From positions 8,538-72,537 of the forward strand of contig PAQX01000033.1 of the NCBI GenBank assembly GCA_002709835.1: 64,000 nt of DNA, written 5' to 3'. The notes beneath the pieces are model-generated. The model was not told the origin of the DNA. It saw only the letters and a program-made list of their open reading frames with translations, and made no database searches. This stretch comes from Deltaproteobacteria bacterium. GTDB taxonomy: Bacteria; Myxococcota_A; UBA9160; UBA4427. The translations under genes were made by a program, and so were the position numbers. The first letter of the stretch is position 1. The number at the start of each line of letters is the position of its first letter. Below are positions 1 through 8,242 of this stretch, piece after piece.

Positions 1-1
1 C

Positions 2-370
2 GACCTCGAGACCGGCGACGTCGAATGGCAGCGTCCCCTCGGAAATCTGCGCGAGCTCGCGCCGGCCTTCGGCCGCTTCTTCGAATGGGGGACACCGGCA
101 CAGGGCGGACCGATCCAGACCGCGGGCGGCCTCGTCTTCATCGGCGCGACCCTCGACCGGACCTTCCGCGCGTTCGACGCGGAGACCGGCGAGATGCTCT
201 GGGACGCGCTGCTGCCGACCTCGGCGAACGCGACGCCGATGACTTACCGGATCGGACCCGAAGGTCGGCAATACGTCGTGATCGCCGCAGGGGGTCACTT
301 CCCCCTCGGCTCGCCGTCCGACGACGCGCTGATCGCCTACGCCCTTCCGCAGATTCCCGCGGAGGAGTAG
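2..370 (+). CDS. PQQ-dependent (glucose/quinate-type) dehydrogenase, C-terminal fragment; the start lies upstream of the window
   Basis: Frame 2 is open from the window edge to TAG 368-370. It reads ...TAGGLVFIGATLDRTFRAFDAETGEMLWDALLPTSANATPMTYRIGPEGRQYVVIAAGGH..., the terminal propeller blades of quinoprotein dehydrogenases. Clearly paralogous to the C-terminus of 31335..33476. Absent from the ORF track because no start codon lies in the window. Confidence 0.8.
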   Translation, partial: DLETGDVEWQRPLGNLRELAPAFGRFFEWGTPAQGGPIQTAGGLVFIGATLDRTFRAFDAETGEMLWDALLPTSANATPMTYRIGPEGRQYVVIAAGGHFPLGSPSDDALIAYALPQIPAEE

Positions 371-386
371 GCGCGGCCGCGCGGGA

Positions 387-1223
387 TCAGCGGAGCGAGG
401 TCAGCTCGTCGAGGAAGGGCAGAACGACGTCCGCGCCCGCCGGCGGACCGCCATAGACGACGCGCGATACGCCCGCGTCCTCGCATCGCTTCACGAAGTC
501 GGGATCCGGCGGCGCAGCGAAGATCGAGACCTCGAGCTCCTCGGGGTTGCGGTTCGCTTCTTCGGCCATCTTCCGGAAGTCGGCCATCATCTCCGGGAAG
601 TCCATCTCTTCTCGGCCGCCGATCGGGATCCAACCGTTCGCGTAGCGGATGGCCCGTCGCGCTCCGCCGGGGTAGGCACCGCCCACGTGGATCGGGGGGT
701 AGGGCTTCTGGGTCGGCTTCGGCTTCGCGATGATCCGATCGAAAGAGACGTGCTCGCTCTCGTAGGACGCCTCGCCCTGCGTCCAGATCTCCTTCATCGC
801 TTCGATCCGCTCGCGCATCAGCCGGAAGCGGCCCTCGCCCGCGGTGCCATGGTTGTTCATCTCCTCGATGTTCCAACCGGCTCCGATCCCGAAGAGGAAG
901 CGGCCCTTCGAGATCTTGTCGATCGAGGCCACCTGCTTGGCGGTCTGGATCGGGTCTCGCTGGACGACGAGGCAGATGCCCGTCGCGACCTTGAGCGTCG
1001 TCGTGACCGCGGCCGCGGCGGAGAGCCAGGCGAAGGGATCCATCGCGTCGTAGTAGAACTGCGGAAGCTCGGCGCCCCCGGGCCACGGCGAGAGACGGCT
1101 TGCCGGAATATGCGAGTGCTCGGCGACCCAGAGCGACTCGAATCCCCGCTCCTCGACCGCCGGTGCGAGCTCGATCGGGGACATGCAGTATTCGGTTCCG
1201 AAGAAGGTGACGGCGTGGTGCAT
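387..1223 (-). CDS. LLM-class (luciferase-like) flavin/F420-dependent oxidoreductase
   Basis: ORF 387..1247. The pattern ...SPIELAPAVEERGFESLWVAEHSHIP...GRFLFGIGAGW...GGAYPGGARRAIRYANGWIP matches the luciferase-like TIM barrel. Start trimmed to ATG 1223 (MHHAVTFF), which has GGAG upstream. Confidence 0.85.
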   Translation of the reverse strand: MHHAVTFFGTEYCMSPIELAPAVEERGFESLWVAEHSHIPASRLSPWPGGAELPQFYYDAMDPFAWLSAAAAVTTTLKVATGICLVVQRDPIQTAKQVASIDKISKGRFLFGIGAGWNIEEMNNHGTAGEGRFRLMRERIEAMKEIWTQGEASYESEHVSFDRIIAKPKPTQKPYPPIHVGGAYPGGARRAIRYANGWIPIGGREEMDFPEMMADFRKMAEEANRNPEELEVSIFAAPPDPDFVKRCEDAGVSRVVYGGPPAGADVVLPFLDELTSLR

Positions 1224-1357
1224 CAGGAGGCTCCTGCCAGATCGCATGTGCAGAGACCCGACGATCGCATAGATCGGGCAGCCCGGTCGGCCAGGGGCCT
1301 CGAAGAGGCATTTGCTCGGCTAGGATTCGAGCGCACCAGCGAACGAGGGTAAGCGTC

Positions 1358-1939
1358 ATGGAAGAAGCAGGTTCAGGCGGACGAGGGCGGATCTGGGTCG
1401 TGATCGGCGTGTTGGTCGGTCTCGTAGCGATGGGTTGGCTCGGTCTATCGAACGCCGACGGCCCCCTTTTCATCTTTCAGGGCGGCCCTTTTCGATCCGG
1501 CGAAGTGGTGGCCTACGACGCGCTCGACTGGACGCGTCTCGATGCGAAGACCGAGCTCGAGATGGAGATCGTCGGCGCCGAGACGTCCCTCACGCTCTGG
1601 TTCAGCGTGACCGACGGAAAACCGTACGTGGCCTGTGACCTCGATTGCGAGGACGGGAGGTTGAACCGCTGGCCGTCGCTCGTGCGCGCGGACGATCGCG
1701 TCGTCCTTCGGATCGAGGACAAGCGGGTCGAAGGGCGGCTGGCCTACGTCCCGCACGCCACGCCCGAGTACGCGGTCGTGAAGGCGGATCGGGATCGCAA
1801 GTATTCCGGAGCCGGCGGTGGGCGGGCGGCGGCCGAGACCGCGGCCCACGCGACGGTCGTCGAGGTCGGCGAGGCGCTGACCGGACGGGCGGAGCGGGCC
1901 GAGCCCGGAGATCGGGTGTTCCGCTTCGATCCGCGTTAG
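1358..1939 (+). CDS. membrane-anchored hypothetical protein
   Basis: 193-aa ORF with an N-terminal TM helix (IWVVIGVLVGLVAMGWLGL) and non-repetitive, coding-like composition. No family recognised. Confidence 0.6.
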   Translation: MEEAGSGGRGRIWVVIGVLVGLVAMGWLGLSNADGPLFIFQGGPFRSGEVVAYDALDWTRLDAKTELEMEIVGAETSLTLWFSVTDGKPYVACDLDCEDGRLNRWPSLVRADDRVVLRIEDKRVEGRLAYVPHATPEYAVVKADRDRKYSGAGGGRAAAETAAHATVVEVGEALTGRAERAEPGDRVFRFDPR

Positions 1940-1958
1940 GCGGCGCGCACGCTTCGGA

Positions 1959-3173
1959 TCAAGCGACTGGCGGCCCGGCTTCGATCGGGTCCGGGTCGAT
2001 CAGGAGACATCGCGTCCCGGAGTAGATCGACGGCATGCACCGGTTGCAGTGGATGCAGACGCCTTCGCTTTGCTCGCCCCGCTGCATCTTGAGCAGCAGG
2101 TCCGGCTCCCGGAGCAGCGCACGCCCCATCTGCACGAAGCCGAAGCCGTCGTCGAGAGCTTTCTCGATCGTCGCGCGGTTGTTGACTCCGCCGAGCAGAA
2201 TCACCGGCAGGTCCAGCGCGTCCTTGAAGCGGCGCGCGTGTTCCTCGAAGTAGGCCTCCTCGAAGGGCGTGTCCGGCATGAACTTGCGCCCGACGAGCTT
2301 GAACCCGAATCGAAGCAGCGGGGAGAGCGCCGCCCCGAACTCCGAGCGCGGTGCGTCGCCCCGGAAGAGAAACATCGGATTGCCGAACGAGCTGCCGCCG
2401 GTCAGGACGAGCCCGTCGAGCGTTCCATCGGATTCGATCATCTTCGCGACCGCGAGACTCTCCTCGATCTCGAGACCCTTCGGGATGGCATCGATCATGT
2501 TGAGCTTTGCGGTGATCGCGAGGCGACCGCCGACGGCTTCACGCACGGCCTTCAGAACTTCGCGTGAGAGGCGGGCGCGCTTCTCCAGGGGGCCACCCCA
2601 GCGATCGGTCCGATCGTTGAGCGCCGGGGACAAGAAGGCGCTCAAGAGGTAGTTGTGCCCGAGATGGACCTCGAGCGCGTCGAAGCCCGCTTCCTCGCAA
2701 CCGAGCGCCGTTCGGCGGAAGTCGTCGATCACGCGTTCGAGGTCCGCCTCCGTCGCCGCCGGCGTGAAACGCATCGATAGAGGGTTGAATCGGCGAGAGG
2801 CGGTGAAGCCGACGACGCCGTTCGACTTCGAGTCGGCCACGGGGCCGGCGTGGCCAATCTGCGCGGAGGCCTTGGCGCCTTCCGCGTGGATCGCTTCGGT
2901 CAACTTGCGCAGGCCGGGGATCGCTTCGTCGCGCATGTAGAGGCAGGCGTGGTTGGTGCGGCCATCGGGTGCGACGGCCACGTAGGCGACCGTGTTCATG
3001 CCGACGCCGCCGGCGGCAACGCGCCGGTGGTAATCGATCAGCTCCGCGGTCACGAGCGCATCGGGCATCACGCCCTCGAAGGTCGCGCTCTTGATGACGC
3101 GGTTCCGCAGCGTGATCGGTCCGAGCCGCGCCGGCGCGAAGGGATCGACGCGCCTGGGCGCGTCGCCGCTCAT
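1959..3173 (-). CDS. NADH:flavin oxidoreductase (Old Yellow Enzyme family) with a C-terminal CxxCxxC..C motif
   Basis: Last 405 codons of the 945-aa track ORF: ITLRNRVIKSATFEG, QIGHAGP, EVHLGHNYLLSAFLSPALNDRTDRWGG (OYE TIM barrel), ending in CIHCNRCMPSIYSGTRC. ATG 3173 overlaps the stop of the upstream SDR (ATGA). The upstream 540 codons of the track ORF are Arg/Pro-rich junk. Confidence 0.9.
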   Translation of the reverse strand: MSGDAPRRVDPFAPARLGPITLRNRVIKSATFEGVMPDALVTAELIDYHRRVAAGGVGMNTVAYVAVAPDGRTNHACLYMRDEAIPGLRKLTEAIHAEGAKASAQIGHAGPVADSKSNGVVGFTASRRFNPLSMRFTPAATEADLERVIDDFRRTALGCEEAGFDALEVHLGHNYLLSAFLSPALNDRTDRWGGPLEKRARLSREVLKAVREAVGGRLAITAKLNMIDAIPKGLEIEESLAVAKMIESDGTLDGLVLTGGSSFGNPMFLFRGDAPRSEFGAALSPLLRFGFKLVGRKFMPDTPFEEAYFEEHARRFKDALDLPVILLGGVNNRATIEKALDDGFGFVQMGRALLREPDLLLKMQRGEQSEGVCIHCNRCMPSIYSGTRCLLIDPDPIEAGPPVA

Positions 3174-3940
3174 GCGAGCTGGCCGCCGTCGATCGTGACG
3201 CCGGAACCCGTCATGAAGCGGGCCTCGTCCGAAGCGAGGTAGGCGACGAGGGCCGCGATGTCCGTAGGCTCGGCGATCATCGGCATCTGCGGGGTGATCC
3301 GTGCGAAGAGCGCAGGATCGATGTTGTCGACGGGAAATCCGGCCGCCGTCATCGGCGTGCTCACGCCGCCCGGACAGATCGCGTTCACCCGGACGCCGCG
3401 ACGCGCGTACTCGGAGGCGAGGGACTTGGTCAGGCCGAGCACGCCGGCCTTGGACGCGCAGTAGGCGGCGTTGTAGGGCACGCCCTGGAGCGCCGCGGCC
3501 GAGGCGATGTTCACGATCGCGCAGCCTCCCACCGGCCCGTCTTCGCGGTCCACGAAGTGGGGGAGGGCGGCCCGGCACATCTGGAACGTGCCGGTGAGGT
3601 TGATGGCGATCGTGGCGTTCCAGATCGCGGGGTCCTGCTCGAGGGTGTGGCCCGGTCGAAGGATGCCCGCCACGTTGGCGAGGGTGTCGAGGCCGCCGAG
3701 CGCGTCGAGGGCCGCGGCGACGCCCGCTTCGCAGGCGCTCGGATCCGAGACGTCGACGGCTGCGGCAGCGGCCGTCCCCCCGGCACTCGTGATCTGCTCG
3801 GCCGTGTCTTCGGCGCCTTCGGCGGCGATGTCGACACAGAAGACCGCGGCTCCTTCCTCGGCGAGCCGGAGCGCCGTGCCGCGGCCGATGCCGCTCGCCG
3901 CGCCCGTCACCAGCGCGTGTCGTCTCTTCAGTCGATCCAT
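3170..3940 (-). CDS. SDR family oxidoreductase
   Basis: TGAASGIGRG Rossmann motif and the NAAYCASK (YxxxK) catalytic motif. Start set to ATG 3940 (MDRLKRR), which has AAGGAGA 5 nt upstream. Confidence 0.9.
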   Translation of the reverse strand: MDRLKRRHALVTGAASGIGRGTALRLAEEGAAVFCVDIAAEGAEDTAEQITSAGGTAAAAAVDVSDPSACEAGVAAALDALGGLDTLANVAGILRPGHTLEQDPAIWNATIAINLTGTFQMCRAALPHFVDREDGPVGGCAIVNIASAAALQGVPYNAAYCASKAGVLGLTKSLASEYARRGVRVNAICPGGVSTPMTAAGFPVDNIDPALFARITPQMPMIAEPTDIAALVAYLASDEARFMTGSGVTIDGGQLA

Positions 3941-4076
3941 GTCTGTCTCCTTCTCGTCCAGCGGGCTCGGCTCGTCGCCGAGGCGTCGAATCATACCCCG
4001 TCGCAGACGGCCGTTGACGAGATAGAATCGGACGGGTCCGGCGCTTCATACGCCGAGTCCCCGGAGAGGTCCAGCC

Positions 4077-4658
4077 ATGCACGAGTTCGATCGCGGCGTC
4101 ACGAAGTACGACATCATGCCGATCCCGCCGGTCGAGGCACAGAGCGAGCAGTTCGAGGCCGGCCCGGTCACGATCTGGGTCGAGTACCGGCTGCTCGACG
4201 ACGCGATCGCCGCGGCGCACCAGGCCAACGAGGGCTTCGACGGCAGGATCGAACAGATCGCCGACTGCGGGGTCTCGCTCCACGTCTTCGGGGAAGAGTC
4301 GCCCGGCGGAGAACGAATCGAGTTTCTCCGCTTCGATTGTTTCGACGAGGACCCCCATTACCACTACGTGTCGTACGCGAACAACACGAACGAGATGGTT
4401 CATCTCGAACCCGCCGCGACGGGCGATCCGCTCGAATGGGCGATGGATCGGATCCGGACGCGTCTGCCGCAGATGCTGGCGCGCGCGGGCGCGAAGGAGC
4501 TTGCGTCCCGGGTCGACGCGGCGGATCTCGAGCGTGTCCTGCCCAACGTGGCCGCGGCGGCCTATCGCGCACGCTTCAACCACGACGACGCGGCGATCCA
4601 CGCGGGGGCGATGGCTGAGGCCGAGCCGGTCGCGAAGGCCGGGGGAGCGGCTTCGTGA
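4077..4658 (+). CDS. hypothetical protein
   Basis: 193-aa ORF preceded by GGAGAGG. Its stop overlaps the GTG start of the next gene (GTGA). Composition is protein-like; no family recognised. Confidence 0.6.
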   Translation: MHEFDRGVTKYDIMPIPPVEAQSEQFEAGPVTIWVEYRLLDDAIAAAHQANEGFDGRIEQIADCGVSLHVFGEESPGGERIEFLRFDCFDEDPHYHYVSYANNTNEMVHLEPAATGDPLEWAMDRIRTRLPQMLARAGAKELASRVDAADLERVLPNVAAAAYRARFNHDDAAIHAGAMAEAEPVAKAGGAAS

Positions 4659-5518
4659 GCGGCCCCGTCGCGATCGATCGGGCGCTCGAAGGGCGCGTCG
4701 CGTTCGTGACCGGAGCGAGTCGAGGGATCGGTCGCGGCTGCGCCGTGGGACTCGGCGCCCGGGGCGGGACGGTCTACGTGACCGCGCGCCGGACATCCGA
4801 CGCCGACCCGCCCGAGGAAGGCTCGATCGAAGCCGTCGCCGCCGAGATCGACGCGGTCGGCGGCAAAGGCATCGCGATCGCCTGCGATCACCGCGATGAC
4901 GCGGCAGTCGAAGCGGTCTTCGAGCGTGTGCGTGCCGACGAGGGGCGCCTCGACGTCCTCGTCAACAACGCGTTCATCATCCCCAACGAATTGACGAGCG
5001 GGAAGCCTTTCTGGGAGGTCCCGATCTCGAACTGGGACGACATGATCGACGTGGGGACCCGCTCCGCCTTCGTCGCAAGTCGCTTCGCGGCGCCGATGAT
5101 GATCGAGGGAGGCGGGGGCCTCATTGCGAACATCTCTTCGAGCGGCGCGGTCGAGTATGCCTGGCATGTCGTCTACGGCGTGGGCAAGTGTGCACTCGAC
5201 CGGATCACGGCGGATACCGCCCACGAGCTGAAGCCGCACGGCGTGGCCGTCGTGTCGCTCTGGCCCGGTCTGGTCTTGACCGAGCGAAACGAAGCGAACG
5301 CGAAGAAGGTCAGAGGCCTCGACTTCAGCAAGGCCGAGTCCCTCTTCTTCACGGGTCGCGCGGTCGCGGCGCTCGCTTCGGACGAGAGGGTGATCGAGCG
5401 GACCGGGCAGGCGCTCGTCTCCCGCGCGCTTGCGGACGAGTTCGGGTTCGTCGACGTCGACGGGCGCCTCCCCGACGGGCCGATGCACGAGCGACCGAAG
5501 GGTATCGGGGACGCCTAG
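4655..5518 (+). CDS. SDR family oxidoreductase
   Basis: VTGASRGIGRG nucleotide-binding motif, NNAF, SSSG...YGVGK catalytic pattern. Confidence 0.9.
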   Translation: MSGPVAIDRALEGRVAFVTGASRGIGRGCAVGLGARGGTVYVTARRTSDADPPEEGSIEAVAAEIDAVGGKGIAIACDHRDDAAVEAVFERVRADEGRLDVLVNNAFIIPNELTSGKPFWEVPISNWDDMIDVGTRSAFVASRFAAPMMIEGGGGLIANISSSGAVEYAWHVVYGVGKCALDRITADTAHELKPHGVAVVSLWPGLVLTERNEANAKKVRGLDFSKAESLFFTGRAVAALASDERVIERTGQALVSRALADEFGFVDVDGRLPDGPMHERPKGIGDA

Positions 5519-5519
5519 T

Positions 5520-6794
5520 GTGAGGGAGCGACCTCCTGCGTGGATCGCGTTGGCGTTTGCCGCTGTCTTCGGCTGCCAGTCGCCGCCCGTTCGGGATCCC
5601 GAGGACCCCTTCGACGCGCTTCACGGGCTCGCCGAGGCGATCGAAGAAAGCGCCGAGATCGCCCGCGCGGACGCGGCGTCTGCGGTGCCCAACGGCGGCG
5701 CAGAAGGGGCGCTCCACGTGCTGCGACTGCTCCGGCGAGCGATCGACGAGGAGATCGCCTGGGCCGACACCGCACATCCCTTCTTCCAGACCCAGGACGA
5801 GCGCTTCGCGAAGCTCGCGCTCGGCAACCCAGACAACCTCTACCTCGTGACGCGCGTGGACGACGATGCGGAGTACGTCCTTCGCGGGCGGCTCGGCACG
5901 GCCGCCGACTTCAACGTGCAGGTCTACCAGGGCTATCCCGGGATCCATCGCCCGATGCGTGCGTTCGGCTCGATCGGGCTGGATACGTTGGTGACGGACG
6001 ACGCGGGGCGTTTCGAGATCCATGTGGGCGGCGCTGCGCAGGAGGAGAACTGGATCGAGCTCCTGCCCGGCTCGCGGCGGATCCTCGTGCGCTTCACCTA
6101 TGGCGTATGGGCCACCGAGGAAGCCGGAGAACTCACGATCGAGCGCGTGGGCGAGCGGGGCACGCGAAGCGGCGCTGTGACGAACGAAGGGGCGGCGCGA
6201 CGGATTGCTGCGTCGGCGGAGTATCTGGAGGACGCGCTGCGTGGCTACAGCGAGCTCGTCGGGCAGGTTCTCGTCGGGCTCGAACCGAATACGCTCCGCC
6301 CGATGCGGCGGCTCACCGGGGATCTGGGCGGTCTGTCGAGTCAGTACAACGCGACGGGACGCTATGCGGTCGACGACGGCACGGCGCTCGTGGTCACGAC
6401 CCGCCCTTCGGACGCGCGTTATCAAGGCTTCCAGATCGGGACGGAGTGGTTCGAGGCGCTCGACTTCGTGAACCAGACGACGAGCCTGAACACCACCCAG
6501 GCGCGCCTGTCCTCCGACGGGGTATATCGATTCGTGATCGCGACGCGGGATCCCGGCGTGGCGAACTGGCTCGATGCGTCGTCGGCGCCGCAGGGGCAGA
6601 TCCTGCTGCGCTGGCAGGGCGTCGTGGAAGAGCTGGGGCCGGAGCACGAGCCGACCGTCTCGCTGGTTTCGTTCGCGGAGATCCGGGCGCTCTTCCCGGC
6701 CGACGAGCCCGTCTTCGACGAAGCGGCTCGAAGCGCGCAGATTGCGGAGCGACAGCGCGCGATCGAGCGTCGCTACGGCCTTTCGGCCCGCTGA
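5520..6794 (+). CDS. putative lipoprotein, DUF1214-like (family assignment unverified)
   Basis: In-frame GTG 5520 is followed by WIALAFAAVFGCQ, a lipobox-like signal. LGNPDNLYLVTRVDDDAEYVLRG and NWLDASSAPQGQILLRWQG resemble DUF1214-type proteins from memory. Confidence 0.65.
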   Translation: MRERPPAWIALAFAAVFGCQSPPVRDPEDPFDALHGLAEAIEESAEIARADAASAVPNGGAEGALHVLRLLRRAIDEEIAWADTAHPFFQTQDERFAKLALGNPDNLYLVTRVDDDAEYVLRGRLGTAADFNVQVYQGYPGIHRPMRAFGSIGLDTLVTDDAGRFEIHVGGAAQEENWIELLPGSRRILVRFTYGVWATEEAGELTIERVGERGTRSGAVTNEGAARRIAASAEYLEDALRGYSELVGQVLVGLEPNTLRPMRRLTGDLGGLSSQYNATGRYAVDDGTALVVTTRPSDARYQGFQIGTEWFEALDFVNQTTSLNTTQARLSSDGVYRFVIATRDPGVANWLDASSAPQGQILLRWQGVVEELGPEHEPTVSLVSFAEIRALFPADEPVFDEAARSAQIAERQRAIERRYGLSAR

Positions 6795-6802
6795 GCCGCG
6801 CC

Positions 6803-8146
6803 GTGTCCAATCCTTCCGGAGACCGCCTCCCGCTTTCCCGCATTCTGCTCTACTCCCTGCCGTTCTCCGGCTATCTGGCGATGTCGATGCCGGTCGGAAT
6901 GTGGTTCGCGAAGTTCTCGACCGATCAGCTTCTGATCGCGCCTGGGATCATCGGCGCGATCATATTCCTCGCTCGGGCGTGGGATGCGGTTTCCGACCCG
7001 ATGGCGGGATATCTCTCCGACCGGACGAACACGCGCCTCGGGCGTAGGCGGAGCTGGTTGGTCGCCTCTGCGATCCCGGTCGGTCTGACCTACGTGATGC
7101 TCTGGACGCCGCCCGAGAGCCTCGGGACGACCGGCGTGATCGTCTGGATCGCCGCCGCGATGCTCCTCTGGGAGACGACCTCGACGGCCTTCTACGTGCC
7201 ATACCTGTCGCTCGGCCTCGAACTCACGACCGACTATCACGATCGGACGCGGCTCTTCGGCTGGCGCCAGGCGCTGGTCGCGGCGGGATTCGGCGCGTCG
7301 CTCGGTGCGCTCTCTTTCATGCAGAACGAGGCGGAATATCCGGATGCGGAGTTCCAGGTGGCCGTCGTGACTTCCGTGGCCCTCACCCTCCTGATTCTGA
7401 TCTGTGTACTGGGGGTCCCCGAGCCGAAACATCATCAGGGTCGCGGGAGCGACCGGCTCTGGAATGCCTTCGCCGATGTCCTGCGGAACCCGCACGCGCG
7501 CATCCTGCTCGTCGTGCTCGGGATCGACTCCTTCGGGATGGGGGCGATCTCCGGTCTCGGCGCGTACATGGCCGAAGACGTCGTCGGGCGAGGCGACATG
7601 TTGATTCCCATGATGTCGGTGTGGATGGTGCCGCAATTCGTTTGCGTGCCGATCTGGGTTCGCCTCTCCCGACGAATCGGAAAGAAGCGGCTCTGGTTCG
7701 CCGGGATGGTCTGCAGCATCACGGGCTTTCTGGGGATTCTTTTCGTGGGCGAAGGCGACTGGCTAGTGACGCTCGTGCAGGTCCTCCTGATCGGGGTCGG
7801 GACCAGCATCTCTCTGGTGATCGGCCCCTCCGTGCAGGCGGACGTCGTCGACTACGACGAGCTGCAGACCGGGGAGCGGAAGGAGGGGGCCTACGTGGCC
7901 GTCTGGAACTTCGTGCGTAAAGCTGGGGCCGCGTTCTCGATGGGCCTAGGGCTCTTCGTCATCGGTCTCACCGGGTACGACCCGCTGGCCGACCGACAAT
8001 CGGACCTCGTCGTCTCGTCCATTCGTGTGATGGCCGGCGTCGTTCCAGCGCTCGCGTTCACGGTCGGGGCCTTGTTTTTCGCCCAATTCGGGTTGGACGA
8101 GGCCGAGCATCGTCGCTTGCGTGCGGAGATCGCGGCCCGCGACTGA
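6803..8146 (+). CDS. MFS/GPH-family (glycoside-pentoside-hexuronide-like) transporter
   Basis: C-terminal 447 codons of track ORF 5540..8146, starting at GTG 6803. Multiple hydrophobic helices. The ARAWDAVSDPMAGYLSDRTNTRLGRRRSW motif is typical of MelB/UidB-type symporters. Confidence 0.85.
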   Translation: MSNPSGDRLPLSRILLYSLPFSGYLAMSMPVGMWFAKFSTDQLLIAPGIIGAIIFLARAWDAVSDPMAGYLSDRTNTRLGRRRSWLVASAIPVGLTYVMLWTPPESLGTTGVIVWIAAAMLLWETTSTAFYVPYLSLGLELTTDYHDRTRLFGWRQALVAAGFGASLGALSFMQNEAEYPDAEFQVAVVTSVALTLLILICVLGVPEPKHHQGRGSDRLWNAFADVLRNPHARILLVVLGIDSFGMGAISGLGAYMAEDVVGRGDMLIPMMSVWMVPQFVCVPIWVRLSRRIGKKRLWFAGMVCSITGFLGILFVGEGDWLVTLVQVLLIGVGTSISLVIGPSVQADVVDYDELQTGERKEGAYVAVWNFVRKAGAAFSMGLGLFVIGLTGYDPLADRQSDLVVSSIRVMAGVVPALAFTVGALFFAQFGLDEAEHRRLRAEIAARD

Positions 8147-8242
8147 GCCTCGAAATCGTCGCCCCACGCGACCTCCGCGCGTCTATCTTTGCCGGACTCT
8201 TGCGGGACGCGCCGCGACGAAGCGGACGCGTGAGGAGCGCCC

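Noticed and set aside
371-382. GCGCGGCCGCGC 12-nt palindrome between convergent genes, considered as a terminator
   Set aside because: It has no loop and no U-tract on either side. It is probably just a GC-rich palindrome (a NotI-type site), not a functional intrinsic terminator.
1959-4796. 945-aa minus-strand ORF, which looks like a giant multidomain protein
   Set aside because: Only the last 405 codons are protein-like (OYE). The upstream 540 codons are Arg/Pro/Gly-rich, typical of wrong-frame reading in 66% GC DNA. They overlap a well-supported SDR in another frame of the same strand and well-supported plus-strand genes. An ATG with ATGA coupling at 3173 explains the real gene.
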